Below are positions 63,857 through 64,000 of a stretch of 64,000 nucleotides of DNA, in pieces. The stretch is from Phoronis australis (lineage: Eukaryota > Animalia > Phoronida). Both the position numbers and the translations under genes were made by a program. Every line of letters starts with the position of its first letter. Position 1 is the first letter of the stretch. The stretch lies in assembly GCA_002633005.1 (NCBI GenBank), contig NMRA01000059.1, positions 299,883 to 363,882 of the forward strand, given 5' to 3'. Under the pieces are notes generated by a model. That model had not been told where the DNA came from. It saw only the letters and a list, made by a program, of their open reading frames with translations, and made no database searches.

Positions 63857-64000
63857 ACATGCTGTGAGGCTACACTAGAGACTGCTGACATGGCATATTA
63901 ACACTTTATTCATTGTGGGGTCTCTTGAACACATGCTGTGAGGCTACACTAGAGACTATTGACATGGCATAGTAACCCTACATTCATTGTGGGGTGTCTT
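63857..64000. repeat. ~74-bp tandem repeat running off the window
   Basis: cacatgctgtgaggctacactagagact...gacatggcata...ttcattgtgggg seen twice. Confidence 0.8.

Overview
AT-rich, intron-rich animal (invertebrate; mollusc/lophotrochozoan-like is my inference) genomic window with one N-gap (12819-13300). Four protein-coding genes could be reconstructed by hand from GT-AG sites and phase matching: (1) a Fic-domain protein with a single visible coding exon (+, 404-1369); (2) Van Gogh/Strabismus (Vangl), - strand, 3 coding exons, 523 aa ending ETSV; (3) a PhyH-family Fe(II)/2OG dioxygenase (+, 32301-44951, 313 aa) whose third exon is present as two tandem, equal-length, 73%-identical copies that can only be used mutually exclusively; (4) a 5'-incomplete extended-PHD-finger gene (-, 47856 to beyond 63570) with an unrecognised C-terminal domain. 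Introns and spacers hold 6-7 copies of a Helentron-associated (HINE/DINE-1/pearl-type) non-autonomous element whose ~145-bp internal subunits mostly carry a CTCF-consensus-like motif, a Kolobok-like relic, Penelope and CR1/L2 fragments, several MITEs, two 27-28 bp mini-elements with perfect 8-bp TSDs, two long palindromes and many minisatellites. Best candidates for something new: the mutually exclusive exon pair next to the dioxygenase active site, and the CTCF-motif-array transposon. All calls are by eye; no searches were run.
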